Positions 5,901 to 15,121 of a DNA stretch of 28,622 nt are shown piece by piece. Positions within the stretch are counted from its first letter, which is position 1, and each line of letters opens with the position of its first letter. This stretch comes from Myxococcota bacterium (GTDB lineage Bacteria; Myxococcota_A; Bradymonadia; UBA4248; JAVFAO01): positions 1 to 28,622 of the forward strand of contig JAVFAO010000040.1 in the NCBI GenBank assembly GCA_034002465.1. The letters run 5' to 3'. Under the pieces are notes generated by a model that did not search any database, had not been told where the DNA came from, and saw only the letters and a program-made list of their open reading frames with translations. The position numbers were made by a program, and so were the translations under genes.

Positions 5901-8900
5901 ATGCTGACAGGGACGAGCTCGGACGCCGAAGCATCTGCTGCCAAGGGGCCTCTGGTCATCGTGGGAATCGGCGCCTCTGCTGGCGGCTTGGAGGCGATTC
6001 AGGCCTTCTTCCAGGCCGTTCCGGTCGACAGTGAGCTGGCCTACGTGGTCATTCAGCACCTCTCCCCGGACCACAAGAGCCTGATGGTCGAGCTGCTCAG
6101 CCGCAAGACCCTGATCCCAGTGCAGCGGGCCGAGAACGGCATGGAGGTGCTGCCCAATCACGTCTACCTCATCCCGCCCAAGATGAACCTGTCGATCTTC
6201 CACGGGAAGCTGCTCCTCGAGGAGCAGAACCGCGACGGCATCAGTCTCCCTGTCGACGTCTTCTTTCGCTCCCTCGCCGAGGATCAAGGCGAGCGCGCCG
6301 TCGCCGTGGTGCTCTCGGGTACCGGCAGCGATGGTGCACGCGGGGTGAGGGCCGTCAAGGAGTGGGGGGGCATGGTCTTGGTGCAGGACGAGCACAGCGC
6401 CAAGTTCGATGGCATGCCTCGTGCCGCAGCCTCCACGGGCGTTGCCGACTTCATCTTGCCGCCCGAAGAGATGCCCCAGCAGATCTTGGCCTGCTTGCGT
6501 CATCCCTATGCCGTGTCACAACGGCGCGGCGAGGCGCCCAGTGACGAGACCGGCATGACGCGGCTCTTCTCACTGCTCAGGGCGCGCACCAAGGTCGACT
6601 TCACCTACTACAAGCCGAGCACCATCAACCGCCGCATCGAGCGCCGCATCGCCGTCTGCCAAGCCGCCGACCTCGACGCCTATGTGCGCTTCGTCGAGCA
6701 GCATCCCAGCGAGCTCTCTTCGCTCTATCGCGAGCTGCTGATCGGGGTCACCAGCTTCTTTCGCGATCCCGAGGTGTGGACGCTGCTTCGTGAGCAGGTG
6801 CTGCCCGAGCTCTTCGCGCGCTGCGAAGACCGCTCGCTTCGCTTCTGGGTCGCTGGCGCCTCATCTGGTGAGGAGGCCTACAGCCTCGCGATTCTCTCTC
6901 GAGAGGTGATGGAGCGTATGGGTTTGGTCAAGGATCTCAAGATCTTTGCCACCGACATCGACCGCGAGGCCGTGGCCAAGGCCGGCGCCGGGGTGTATTC
7001 GGCGAGCATCGTCGCCGATCTCGACCACGCGCTGCTTTCCAAGTACTTCATCAGCCGCGGAGAGACCTTCCAGATTGCGCGCCCCATTCGCGAGATGGTG
7101 GTCTTCGCGCAGCATAACCTGCTCAAGGATCCGCCATTTACGCGCATCGAATTGGTCAGTTGTCGCAACTTGCTGATCTATCTTCAGACCAATCTGCAGC
7201 AGCACGCCCTCGACATGTTCTCCTTCTCGCTCAACCCACAGGGCATTTTGCTACTGGGCAACAGCGAGACGGTGGGAGAGCGAGAGGACCGCTTCGAGGC
7301 AGTGCACCGCAAGGCGCGCATTTACCGCTCGCTGAGCAAGAGCCGCATGCTCACCGTCGAGAGCAACACCAACGCCCTGCTGCGCGGCTCCAGTCATTCC
7401 AACGCTCTGCCTCAGGTGCGTGGGTCCCGGTCCTTGCTGCGTGAGCAGGAGCGTCTCCTCACCCGTATTCTCGATGCAATCTCCAGAACCTACTTGCCGC
7501 TGGCCGTGGTGGTGGATGAGCACCTCGAGATCGTGCACAGCGTGGGCGACAGCAGCGGGCTGATGAGTCTTCCCAGCGGTCGCGCAGTCTACGACATCTC
7601 CAAGATGGTCAGTAAGGAGCTCTCCATTCCGCTCGCCACGGGACTGCAGAAGGTGATGCGCACTGGGGAGGAAATCGTCTACACCAACGTGAGGGTCAGA
7701 GACGACGCCGATGGACGCACTCTGCGGCTGCGGCTGCGCCCGCTCCCAGGACGCAAGACCGAGCCGGTGCTGGCCGTCGTGCTCTTCGAGCAGGTCGAGC
7801 AGAGCTCCGAAAGTGGTCTACTCAGCAATCAGGGCTTCGACCTCGAGATCGAGACCTCCCAGCGCCTCCAGGATCTCGAGCAGGAGTTGCAGTTTACCCG
7901 CGAGAACCTGCAGGCCACCATCGAGGAGCTCGAGACCTCCAACGAAGAGCTGCAGGCCACCAACGAGGAGCTGCTCGCCAGCAACGAAGAGCTGCAGAGC
8001 ACCAACGAGGAGCTGCAGAGCACCAACGAAGAGCTGCACACCGTCAACGCCGAGTACCAGAACAAGATCATCGAGCTCACCGAGGCCAACAACGACGTCG
8101 AAAACCTCCTCTCGAGCTCGCGCATCGGCACCATCATCCTCGACGAAGACCTCTGCATCCGACGCTTCTCTCCGCAAGCTGCGGCAGCCTTCCATTTGGT
8201 CGACAGTGATCTCGGCAGGCCCCTCAAACACATCAGCCACACCTTGCTCGATTTCGATCCCTTGGCCCAGTGCCTTGCGGTGCAACGCAGCGGACGCCCT
8301 GTCGAGGACGACGTCAGCACCGAAGATGGCCGCTTGTTCCTCCTGCGCATCATTCCTTACCTGGTGGCGCCTCGCACCTTTTCAGGGGTGGTGCTCACGC
8401 TCATCGATATCACCCCGCTGCGCGACGTCAGCGCGCGGCTCATGCGCAGCCAGCAGACCGAGGCCGACATCGTCAAGCACATGCCCGCAGGTCTCTTTGT
8501 CTACCTCGTCGACAGTGGCGGAGAGCTGCGCCTGCATGCCGGCAACCCCTATGCCGAGCAGCTCACCGGTCGTCACCTCGAGACCATGCAGGGGATGCGC
8601 TTCCTCGACCTGTGGCCTGGACAGGGCGGTCGAGAGCTGCATCGACGACTGGTGGAGGTACACAGAGCGCAGAGCGTCTTCGAGCATCCTCATTTTGAAT
8701 ACTCGGACCAGCACTTTTCAGGGCTCTTTCGGGTCTCTGCCTTCCCTCTGCCTGCTTCGAGGGTTGGCGTCGCTTTCGAGGACGTGGGCAGCAGAGTGCG
8801 GGCCGAGGCGGAGCTGCGGCGCATCGAGTGGCTGCTCTCTGGCTCGACGCAGGAGCCGTCGGGCTTGGCGCACGCGCGCGGCCAGCTCTCAGACAGTGAG

Positions 8901-9902
8901 CCAGAGAAACGTTTCCTCCTTCCCAGCGGTCGATTGGGGTTGATTGCGCGCACCGTTGGCGCCGAACTGCTGCGCGACGTGGTTTCGGACTACCTCGATT
9001 TGATGCAGACCTCCGCCGCGGTCTACGAGCTCGACGGCGACTACGCGCTGGCGGTCTTTGCTTCGACCTGGTGTCAGCGTCTCGACCAGGCCTCTCGCGC
9101 GGCCTGTCCCTTCGAAGACGACGCCGAGGCCGCCAGTAGCGGGCTGTGGGCCTGCCACGAGTCTTGCTGGACCGATGCCTCCAAGCGAAGCATCGAAACG
9201 GGTGAGGCCGTTGACATCGAATGCGCAGGGGGGCTTCACATCTATGCCTTGCCCATCCGCGCAGCGGGCCGAATCGTCGGCTCGATCAACTTTGGCTACG
9301 GTGATCCCCCTCGCGAACGCGCCGTGCTGTCGGCCCTGGCCCAGCGTTTCGGCGTGCCTCTCGATGCCTTGGAACGAGATGCCGCCGCGTACCCCACTCG
9401 CCCCCCCTTCATCATCGAGCTCGCCAAGCGAAGATTGGCTTCGTCTGCACGCTTGTTGGGTGAGATTGTCGAGCGCAAGCTCGCGCAGGAGGCGCTGGCC
9501 GAGAGTGAGGAGCGGCACCGACAGCTCACCCGTTTGCTCTCCGATGCCGAGCGCAGCGCCCGCCTGGGGAGCTGGACCTGGGAGGTGGCGAGCGACCAGG
9601 TGACTTGGTCAGAGAACCTCTATGCCCTTTTCGGTCGAGACCCCTCCGAAGGCGCGCCCTCTTTTGCCGAGCACGCGGTTCTGTATACACCTGAGTCCAT
9701 GGAGAAGCTGCGGGTCGCGGTCGAGGTGGCGTTGAGCGAGGGTAAACCCTATGCCCTCGAGCTCACTGCCGTCCGAGGCGACGGCAGCCTGATGCGGTGT
9801 ATTGCACGGGGTCAGGTCGAGTATGCGAGGGGTTCTGAGAATGTGGCTGAGGGCGCAGCGGTCTCACGTCTCTACGGCTCGCTGCAGGAGAGCCTGCCAT
9901 GA
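5901..9902 (+). CDS. Multidomain signalling protein: CheB methylesterase, CheR methyltransferase, coiled coil, PAS_10, PAS, PocR sensory domain and PAS
   Basis: VIVGIGASAGGLEAIQAFF...QHLSPDH and VLSGTGSDGARG match CheB. FFRDPEVW...FWVAGASSGEEAYSLAIL matches CheR. The NEELQATNEELLASNEELQSTNEEL coiled coil is typical of CheBR-PAS proteins. AVYELDGDYALAVF...CPFE...HIYALPI matches PocR-like. The start was trimmed to Met58, with AGGAG 7 nt upstream. Confidence 0.88.
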   Translation: MLTGTSSDAEASAAKGPLVIVGIGASAGGLEAIQAFFQAVPVDSELAYVVIQHLSPDHKSLMVELLSRKTLIPVQRAENGMEVLPNHVYLIPPKMNLSIFHGKLLLEEQNRDGISLPVDVFFRSLAEDQGERAVAVVLSGTGSDGARGVRAVKEWGGMVLVQDEHSAKFDGMPRAAASTGVADFILPPEEMPQQILACLRHPYAVSQRRGEAPSDETGMTRLFSLLRARTKVDFTYYKPSTINRRIERRIAVCQAADLDAYVRFVEQHPSELSSLYRELLIGVTSFFRDPEVWTLLREQVLPELFARCEDRSLRFWVAGASSGEEAYSLAILSREVMERMGLVKDLKIFATDIDREAVAKAGAGVYSASIVADLDHALLSKYFISRGETFQIARPIREMVVFAQHNLLKDPPFTRIELVSCRNLLIYLQTNLQQHALDMFSFSLNPQGILLLGNSETVGEREDRFEAVHRKARIYRSLSKSRMLTVESNTNALLRGSSHSNALPQVRGSRSLLREQERLLTRILDAISRTYLPLAVVVDEHLEIVHSVGDSSGLMSLPSGRAVYDISKMVSKELSIPLATGLQKVMRTGEEIVYTNVRVRDDADGRTLRLRLRPLPGRKTEPVLAVVLFEQVEQSSESGLLSNQGFDLEIETSQRLQDLEQELQFTRENLQATIEELETSNEELQATNEELLASNEELQSTNEELQSTNEELHTVNAEYQNKIIELTEANNDVENLLSSSRIGTIILDEDLCIRRFSPQAAAAFHLVDSDLGRPLKHISHTLLDFDPLAQCLAVQRSGRPVEDDVSTEDGRLFLLRIIPYLVAPRTFSGVVLTLIDITPLRDVSARLMRSQQTEADIVKHMPAGLFVYLVDSGGELRLHAGNPYAEQLTGRHLETMQGMRFLDLWPGQGGRELHRRLVEVHRAQSVFEHPHFEYSDQHFSGLFRVSAFPLPASRVGVAFEDVGSRVRAEAELRRIEWLLSGSTQEPSGLAHARGQLSDSEPEKRFLLPSGRLGLIARTVGAELLRDVVSDYLDLMQTSAAVYELDGDYALAVFASTWCQRLDQASRAACPFEDDAEAASSGLWACHESCWTDASKRSIETGEAVDIECAGGLHIYALPIRAAGRIVGSINFGYGDPPRERAVLSALAQRFGVPLDALERDAAAYPTRPPFIIELAKRRLASSARLLGEIVERKLAQEALAESEERHRQLTRLLSDAERSARLGSWTWEVASDQVTWSENLYALFGRDPSEGAPSFAEHAVLYTPESMEKLRVAVEVALSEGKPYALELTAVRGDGSLMRCIARGQVEYARGSENVAEGAAVSRLYGSLQESLP

Positions 9903-12900
9903 GCACGAACGCCAAGAGCAACGTCGAGCAGCTCCATGCGCAGGTCGACGCCATCCTCTCGCGCCTGAGCGGGACCCTCGAGCCAGGCGAAGCCGAGGCG
10001 ATCCAGCGCTTGGCGCAGGAGCTCGCGTTGCACCAATCGGAGCTCGCGCTGCAGAACGAGGAGCTGAGCACGGTTCAGATGGGTCTCCAGGCCGCGCGCG
10101 ACCGCTTCTCGACGCTCTACCAGCAGGCGCCTGTGGGCTACGTGCTGCTCGACGCCGTGGGCATCGTTCGGCAGAGCAATCAGACCTGGCTCAAGATGCT
10201 GGGGCGAGAGCTCGAGGACGTAAGGGACCGCGCCTTCGTCGAGCACATCCTCGCCGAGGACGTGCCGCTCTTTCTCTCCCGCTTCCGCGCCTTCTTCCGC
10301 AACCCGCAGAACAAGCAGCTCGACCTGCGCATGCTCCGCTACGGGGCACCACCCTTCGTGGCCAGGCTCGAGGCTCGCCCCCAAGCCATCGACGCCGAGA
10401 GTGAGCACGAGCCGCTCAACCGCAGCGAGCTGCTGGTCGCCGTCAGCGATGTCAGCGACCTCTACGCCGTCCAGTCGGAGCTCGCACAGCGCCGCCAAGA
10501 GCTCGAGCGCCTCAGCGTCCGGGAGCAGCGACTCAACGCCATTCTGCGGGCGCTACGCAACGTCTCCAAGCTCATTCACCGCGAGCAAGACGCAGAGCGC
10601 TTGATCCAGGGTGCCTGCCAAGAGCTGACCGCCAACCTCAGCTACCATCGAGTTTGGATCGCCCTCTTCGAGCGAGACGGTGCGCGGGTTCGCGCCGTGG
10701 AGAGCTCCAGTCGGGACAGCGATTTTCGGGCCCTCCAGACCCGCATCCTGAACGGCGCCATCCCTGAGTGTCTGCGTCGAGCGCTTGCTGCCGAGCGCGC
10801 GCAGGTGGTGCGGGAGCCCGCCAAGGAGTGCCTCGATTGCCCCCTCTCCGAGCTTTATGTCGGACGCGCGGGTTTGGCTCGGGCGCTGCGCTTCGATGGC
10901 CTCCTGTATGGCGTGATTGTGGCATCGGTCCCTGCTTCCTGCACCGATGAGGAAGAGGTCCAGCTCTTCGAGGAGCTCTCTGACGAGCTCGCCCACGCGC
11001 TTCACAAGCTAGACCGAGAGGCGCAGCTCGCCGAGGCTCGCCGACGCTACCTGGAGATCTTCGAGGGCAGTCGAGACGGTTTCGTGATTGTCGACCAAGA
11101 AGGGCGCTTTCTCGATGCCAATCCGGCCTACTGTGCCATGCTGGGCTATTCCTTCGAGGAGCTGCGCGCGCTGGGGTCGTTCTACGAGGTTACGCATGAG
11201 CGCTGGCATGCCAGTGAGAGGCTGGCCAAGGCTCAGCTCGTGGTCGATGGCAGATCGTCGGTCTATGAGAAGGAGTACCTGCGCCGCGACGGTTCGGTGT
11301 TTCCCGTGGAGGTGCAGGCCTATGCCATTCGAGACCAGAGCGGGGAACTCGACTACATCTGGGCCATCGTGCGCGACATCACCGAGCGCAAAGAGGCGAA
11401 GGCGGCGCTCGAGGCCAGCGAGAAGATGTTCTACAGCGCCTTCGAGCAGGCCTCGGTAGGGCGCGTACTGACCAACATCGACGGCAGCATCGCCAGGGTC
11501 AACCGTACGTTCTGCGTGCTACTCGGCTATCCGTACGAAGAGATGGTGAAAAAAAGCTTTCTCGAGGTCACCCATCCAGATGATCGCGAATCGAGCCGAG
11601 ATGTATTCCAAAGTCTTCTCTCTGGTGAGGCGTCAACGCGGCGCCTCGAGAAGCGTTATGTGCATCGAGATGGTCGTGAAATCTGGGCCGATGTGAGCAC
11701 CAACGTCATCCGCGACGAGGAGGGGCGAGCGCAGCGATTCGTGACGGACATCCTCGACATCAGCGAACGCAAGCAAGCTGAAGACGCGCTGCGTGCCGAG
11801 CAGCGGTGGTCGTCGACGCTGCTTTCGTTGGCTCCGAACATCGTCGTGGTCTTGGGCGAGGGCTCACGCATCGAGCGCTTCAATGAGTTTGCGGAGCAAT
11901 GCACGGGCTACCGCGCCGAAGAGGTGCTTGGACAATCTTGGATTGACACCTTCATCCCCGAGGCGGAGCGCGCTGCGGTTCGCGAAGTCTGGGATACACT
12001 GCTGGAGCTCAAGGCCGTTGGCCAAGAGCAGGTCAACGCTGTCTTGTCGCGCAGCGGCGCGCAGCGCTGGATTCGATGGCGCAACCGAGTCCTCGAGAGC
12101 GACGGCCGCTTTCGGGCCATCCTCTCCATTGGTGAGGACATCACTGAGCAGCGCCTCGCCCAAAAAGCTCTGCAGGAGAGCGAGCGCCGCTTCCAGAGCT
12201 ATCTGGAGCATGCGCCCTACGGCGTCTTCGTTGCAGACGAGCGTGGGAGGTACCGGGAGGTCAATAGCCCCACTTCGCGCATCACTGGCTGGACCCAAGA
12301 GGAGTTGCTCCAGATGGGGGTGGGCCAGTTGTTGGCGCCGGAACACCAGGACCTCGCTGCGGCCCACTTTGCACAAGTGGTTCGTGAAGGGGCTGCGGTG
12401 CGTGAGATGCCATTCGTCCACCGCAGCGGCGCCCAGCGTTGGTGGTCCGTGTCGGCGGTGAAGCTCAATGAGCAGCGCTTCCTCGGCTTCGTTCAGGACA
12501 TCACCGAACGCAAGCAGGCCGAGCAGGAGCTGGCTGCTGCGTTTCAGCAGTTGGGCGCAGCCAACCAGCAGCTTCGCGCTTCGAACCAGCAACTGTCTGC
12601 CGCTGAGCTACAGCTACGGCAAATCAACGTGCAGCTACGGGACAGCGAAGAGCGCTTCCGAACCATCTATCACAACGTCAGCGTGGGTATCGCCAAGCTC
12701 TCGTCAGAGCTGCGTATCGAGCAGGCCAACCCTGCGCTGTGTGCGATCCTGGGCTACTTCGAGGATGAGCTGCGGGGTCGCCTCATCGACGAGCTCTGCA
12801 CGGCTGACCAGGAGGACTTCCAGCGCCTTCGGACGGCTAGCGTGGAGCATCTGCGCTCCGAGTGGCGCTTCGAACGACGCGACGCAGAGCGACTACCATG

Positions 12901-15103
12901 TCTGGTCGACCTCTGTCGCGTCCGCGATGAAGCCACCCAGTCGCAGGTCTATCTGCTCAGCCTGATTGACATCAGCGTGCGGCGGCGGGCCGAGGAGTCG
13001 CTGCGCGAGAGCGTCACCGCACTCTCTCGCAAGACCAGAGAGCTCGAGTATCTGCTCGACGGCGCGCGCGCGGTGCTCGAAGGCGGCGATTTCGAGCAGG
13101 TGTCGCGGCGGGTGTTCGATCATGTCCGATTGCTCACAGGGGCGCAGTCGGGCTACGTCGCGTTGCTCGATGAGCACCGCGAGGAGAACAATGTGGTGTT
13201 CCTGGAAGCAGCGGGAGCCGAGTGTTGCGTCGATCCGAGCTTGCCCATGCCGGTACGTGGCTTGCGCGAGCTGGCCTACACCAGCGGAGAGGTCGTCTGG
13301 GACAACGATTTCGCAGCGTCGAAGTGGGCAGCAGGCCTGCCCGAAGGCCACACCAAACTCCACAACGTGATGTTCGCCCCCCTCATCATCGAAGCCCATG
13401 TCGTTGGCCTCCTGGGACTGGCCAACAAGCCGACACCCTTCACTGAGGAAGATCGCGCCATCGCCAAGGCCATGGGACAGATCGCGTCCCTGGCGCTGCA
13501 GCGCAGCCGCAGCGAGCAGAGCCTTCTCTCGGAGCGAGACAATCTGCAGCGGGTACTGGAAACCGTGCCCGTGGCCATTCTGGTGCTCGACGAGCAGGGT
13601 GAGGTCATCCGCATCAACCCCACAGCCTCTCAGCTCTTTGGCGCATCCGCAGAGGAGCTGCATGGAAAGCGCTGCGGTGACGTCATGGGCTGCGTCTACC
13701 ACTCCGAACACCCTGAGGGCTGCTCCTTTGCCTCGGTCTGCGCGGACTGCACGCTTCACCAGAGCGTGGAGCTCAGCCTGAGGGGCGAAGCGGTCCCAGG
13801 GCGCGAGCTGGAGATTGACATCAGCACTGAAGATGGCGTGCGCCGCCAGCGCCACCTACTCGTCAACGCTGCACCCGTGCGCTACGGTGGTGAGTCCTGC
13901 TCGATCCTCGCCATCCACGACCTGTCCGAGAGTCATGAGTTGCGGGCAAGACTTGCCCAAGCCGACAGGCTCTCCAGCATGGGGCTGCTCGCCGCAGGCG
14001 TAGCGCACGAAATCAACAACCCTCTGTCCTATGTGATGTACAACCTGCAGAGCTCCCTCGAGGACCTTCGAAGTCTCGCCAAACAGCCTCCCCTGCCCTG
14101 GCCTTCATCGGCGGGCCTACCGCTGCTCGATGTCGAGAAACGCATGGAGGAAGCCTATGAAGGCGCCCAGCGTATCCACGCCATCGCCCGCGGCCTCGGT
14201 TCCTTCTCACGCGTCGAGTGCGATGAGCCAGGCCCCATCTACGTTTCTCGGGCTGTAGACATCGCCGTCAACATGGCCCGCAACGAGCTCAAGTACCGCG
14301 CTCGCTTGCAGCTCGATCACGCCAAAACCCCTGCCGTCATGGCCAGTGAAGGACGTCTGGCCCAGGTCATCCTCAACCTGCTCATCAACGCCGCCCACGC
14401 CATCGACGAAGGTGACGCCGACAACAACCAGATTGGAGTCGTCACCCGCCATGAAGGCGATAGTGTCACCATCCGTATCAGCGACACAGGGAGTGGAATA
14501 CGACCAGAGGACCTCGCTCGCATCTTCGAGCCCTTCTTCAGCACCAAGGTCAGTGGTAAAGGCTCAGGACTCGGGCTCGCCATCTCGAAGGGCATCATCG
14601 AATCCTATGGCGGCTCCATCGCGGTCGCGAGCGAGCTTGGGAAAGGGACCCAGTTCTGTATTCGATTGCCCATGATTACGGAGCTTCCCGAGAAGCCCAA
14701 GGAGACGAGCTCTGAGGTGCAACACGACATCCCGACCGGTCGGGTGCTTATCATCGACGATGAGGAGCCCCTCCGAAACGCCATGCGCCGTATGCTGCGC
14801 GGCAACACCCTGGTCCTCGCCGGGAGCGCCGAGGAGGCCATGACCATCCTCCGGGACGAGCGCGACTTCGACGTCATCCTCTGCGACATGATGATGCCAC
14901 ATATGTCCGGGATGGAGTTCCATCAGTGGCTGTGTTCGACCATACCGGAGCTCGGCCCAAGGCTCATCTTCATCACGGGTGGCAGCTTTACCCCTCGCGT
15001 TTTGGAATACCTTGGCAAGGTCGACAACATTCGGATCGAGAAGCCCTTCGATGTCACCAATTTCAAGAAGATTGTCGCGGAGCGTATTCGAAATCGAGGA
15101 TGA
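9899..15103 (+). CDS. Hybrid sensor histidine kinase: multiple PAS/GAF domains, coiled coil, HisKA, HATPase_c and a C-terminal receiver
   Basis: HisKA reads RLSSMGLLAAGVAHEINNPL. HATPase reads NLLINAAHAI...DTGSGIRPEDLARIFEPFFSTK...GSGLGLAISK. The receiver reads VLIIDDEEPLR...DVILCDMMMPHMSGMEF. The start overlaps the upstream stop as ATGA. Confidence 0.92.
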   Translation: MSTNAKSNVEQLHAQVDAILSRLSGTLEPGEAEAIQRLAQELALHQSELALQNEELSTVQMGLQAARDRFSTLYQQAPVGYVLLDAVGIVRQSNQTWLKMLGRELEDVRDRAFVEHILAEDVPLFLSRFRAFFRNPQNKQLDLRMLRYGAPPFVARLEARPQAIDAESEHEPLNRSELLVAVSDVSDLYAVQSELAQRRQELERLSVREQRLNAILRALRNVSKLIHREQDAERLIQGACQELTANLSYHRVWIALFERDGARVRAVESSSRDSDFRALQTRILNGAIPECLRRALAAERAQVVREPAKECLDCPLSELYVGRAGLARALRFDGLLYGVIVASVPASCTDEEEVQLFEELSDELAHALHKLDREAQLAEARRRYLEIFEGSRDGFVIVDQEGRFLDANPAYCAMLGYSFEELRALGSFYEVTHERWHASERLAKAQLVVDGRSSVYEKEYLRRDGSVFPVEVQAYAIRDQSGELDYIWAIVRDITERKEAKAALEASEKMFYSAFEQASVGRVLTNIDGSIARVNRTFCVLLGYPYEEMVKKSFLEVTHPDDRESSRDVFQSLLSGEASTRRLEKRYVHRDGREIWADVSTNVIRDEEGRAQRFVTDILDISERKQAEDALRAEQRWSSTLLSLAPNIVVVLGEGSRIERFNEFAEQCTGYRAEEVLGQSWIDTFIPEAERAAVREVWDTLLELKAVGQEQVNAVLSRSGAQRWIRWRNRVLESDGRFRAILSIGEDITEQRLAQKALQESERRFQSYLEHAPYGVFVADERGRYREVNSPTSRITGWTQEELLQMGVGQLLAPEHQDLAAAHFAQVVREGAAVREMPFVHRSGAQRWWSVSAVKLNEQRFLGFVQDITERKQAEQELAAAFQQLGAANQQLRASNQQLSAAELQLRQINVQLRDSEERFRTIYHNVSVGIAKLSSELRIEQANPALCAILGYFEDELRGRLIDELCTADQEDFQRLRTASVEHLRSEWRFERRDAERLPCLVDLCRVRDEATQSQVYLLSLIDISVRRRAEESLRESVTALSRKTRELEYLLDGARAVLEGGDFEQVSRRVFDHVRLLTGAQSGYVALLDEHREENNVVFLEAAGAECCVDPSLPMPVRGLRELAYTSGEVVWDNDFAASKWAAGLPEGHTKLHNVMFAPLIIEAHVVGLLGLANKPTPFTEEDRAIAKAMGQIASLALQRSRSEQSLLSERDNLQRVLETVPVAILVLDEQGEVIRINPTASQLFGASAEELHGKRCGDVMGCVYHSEHPEGCSFASVCADCTLHQSVELSLRGEAVPGRELEIDISTEDGVRRQRHLLVNAAPVRYGGESCSILAIHDLSESHELRARLAQADRLSSMGLLAAGVAHEINNPLSYVMYNLQSSLEDLRSLAKQPPLPWPSSAGLPLLDVEKRMEEAYEGAQRIHAIARGLGSFSRVECDEPGPIYVSRAVDIAVNMARNELKYRARLQLDHAKTPAVMASEGRLAQVILNLLINAAHAIDEGDADNNQIGVVTRHEGDSVTIRISDTGSGIRPEDLARIFEPFFSTKVSGKGSGLGLAISKGIIESYGGSIAVASELGKGTQFCIRLPMITELPEKPKETSSEVQHDIPTGRVLIIDDEEPLRNAMRRMLRGNTLVLAGSAEEAMTILRDERDFDVILCDMMMPHMSGMEFHQWLCSTIPELGPRLIFITGGSFTPRVLEYLGKVDNIRIEKPFDVTNFKKIVAERIRNRG

Positions 15104-15121
15104 GAGGCTGCTGCCGCTGGG

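Noticed and set aside
7711-8943. Track ORF 7711..8943 (410 aa) and other alternative-frame ORFs inside the large signalling genes
   Set aside because: They are embedded in alternative frames of confidently assigned domains (CheR, PAS, HisKA) and have Ser/Thr/Pro/Arg-rich products, so they are artefacts.
9896-9905. Frameshift-disrupted single CheBR-PAS-HK gene (pseudogene)
   Set aside because: The ATGA stop/start overlap with an upstream AGGAG is the classic signature of translational coupling between two real genes. The fused-gene possibility is kept only as a check in the findings.
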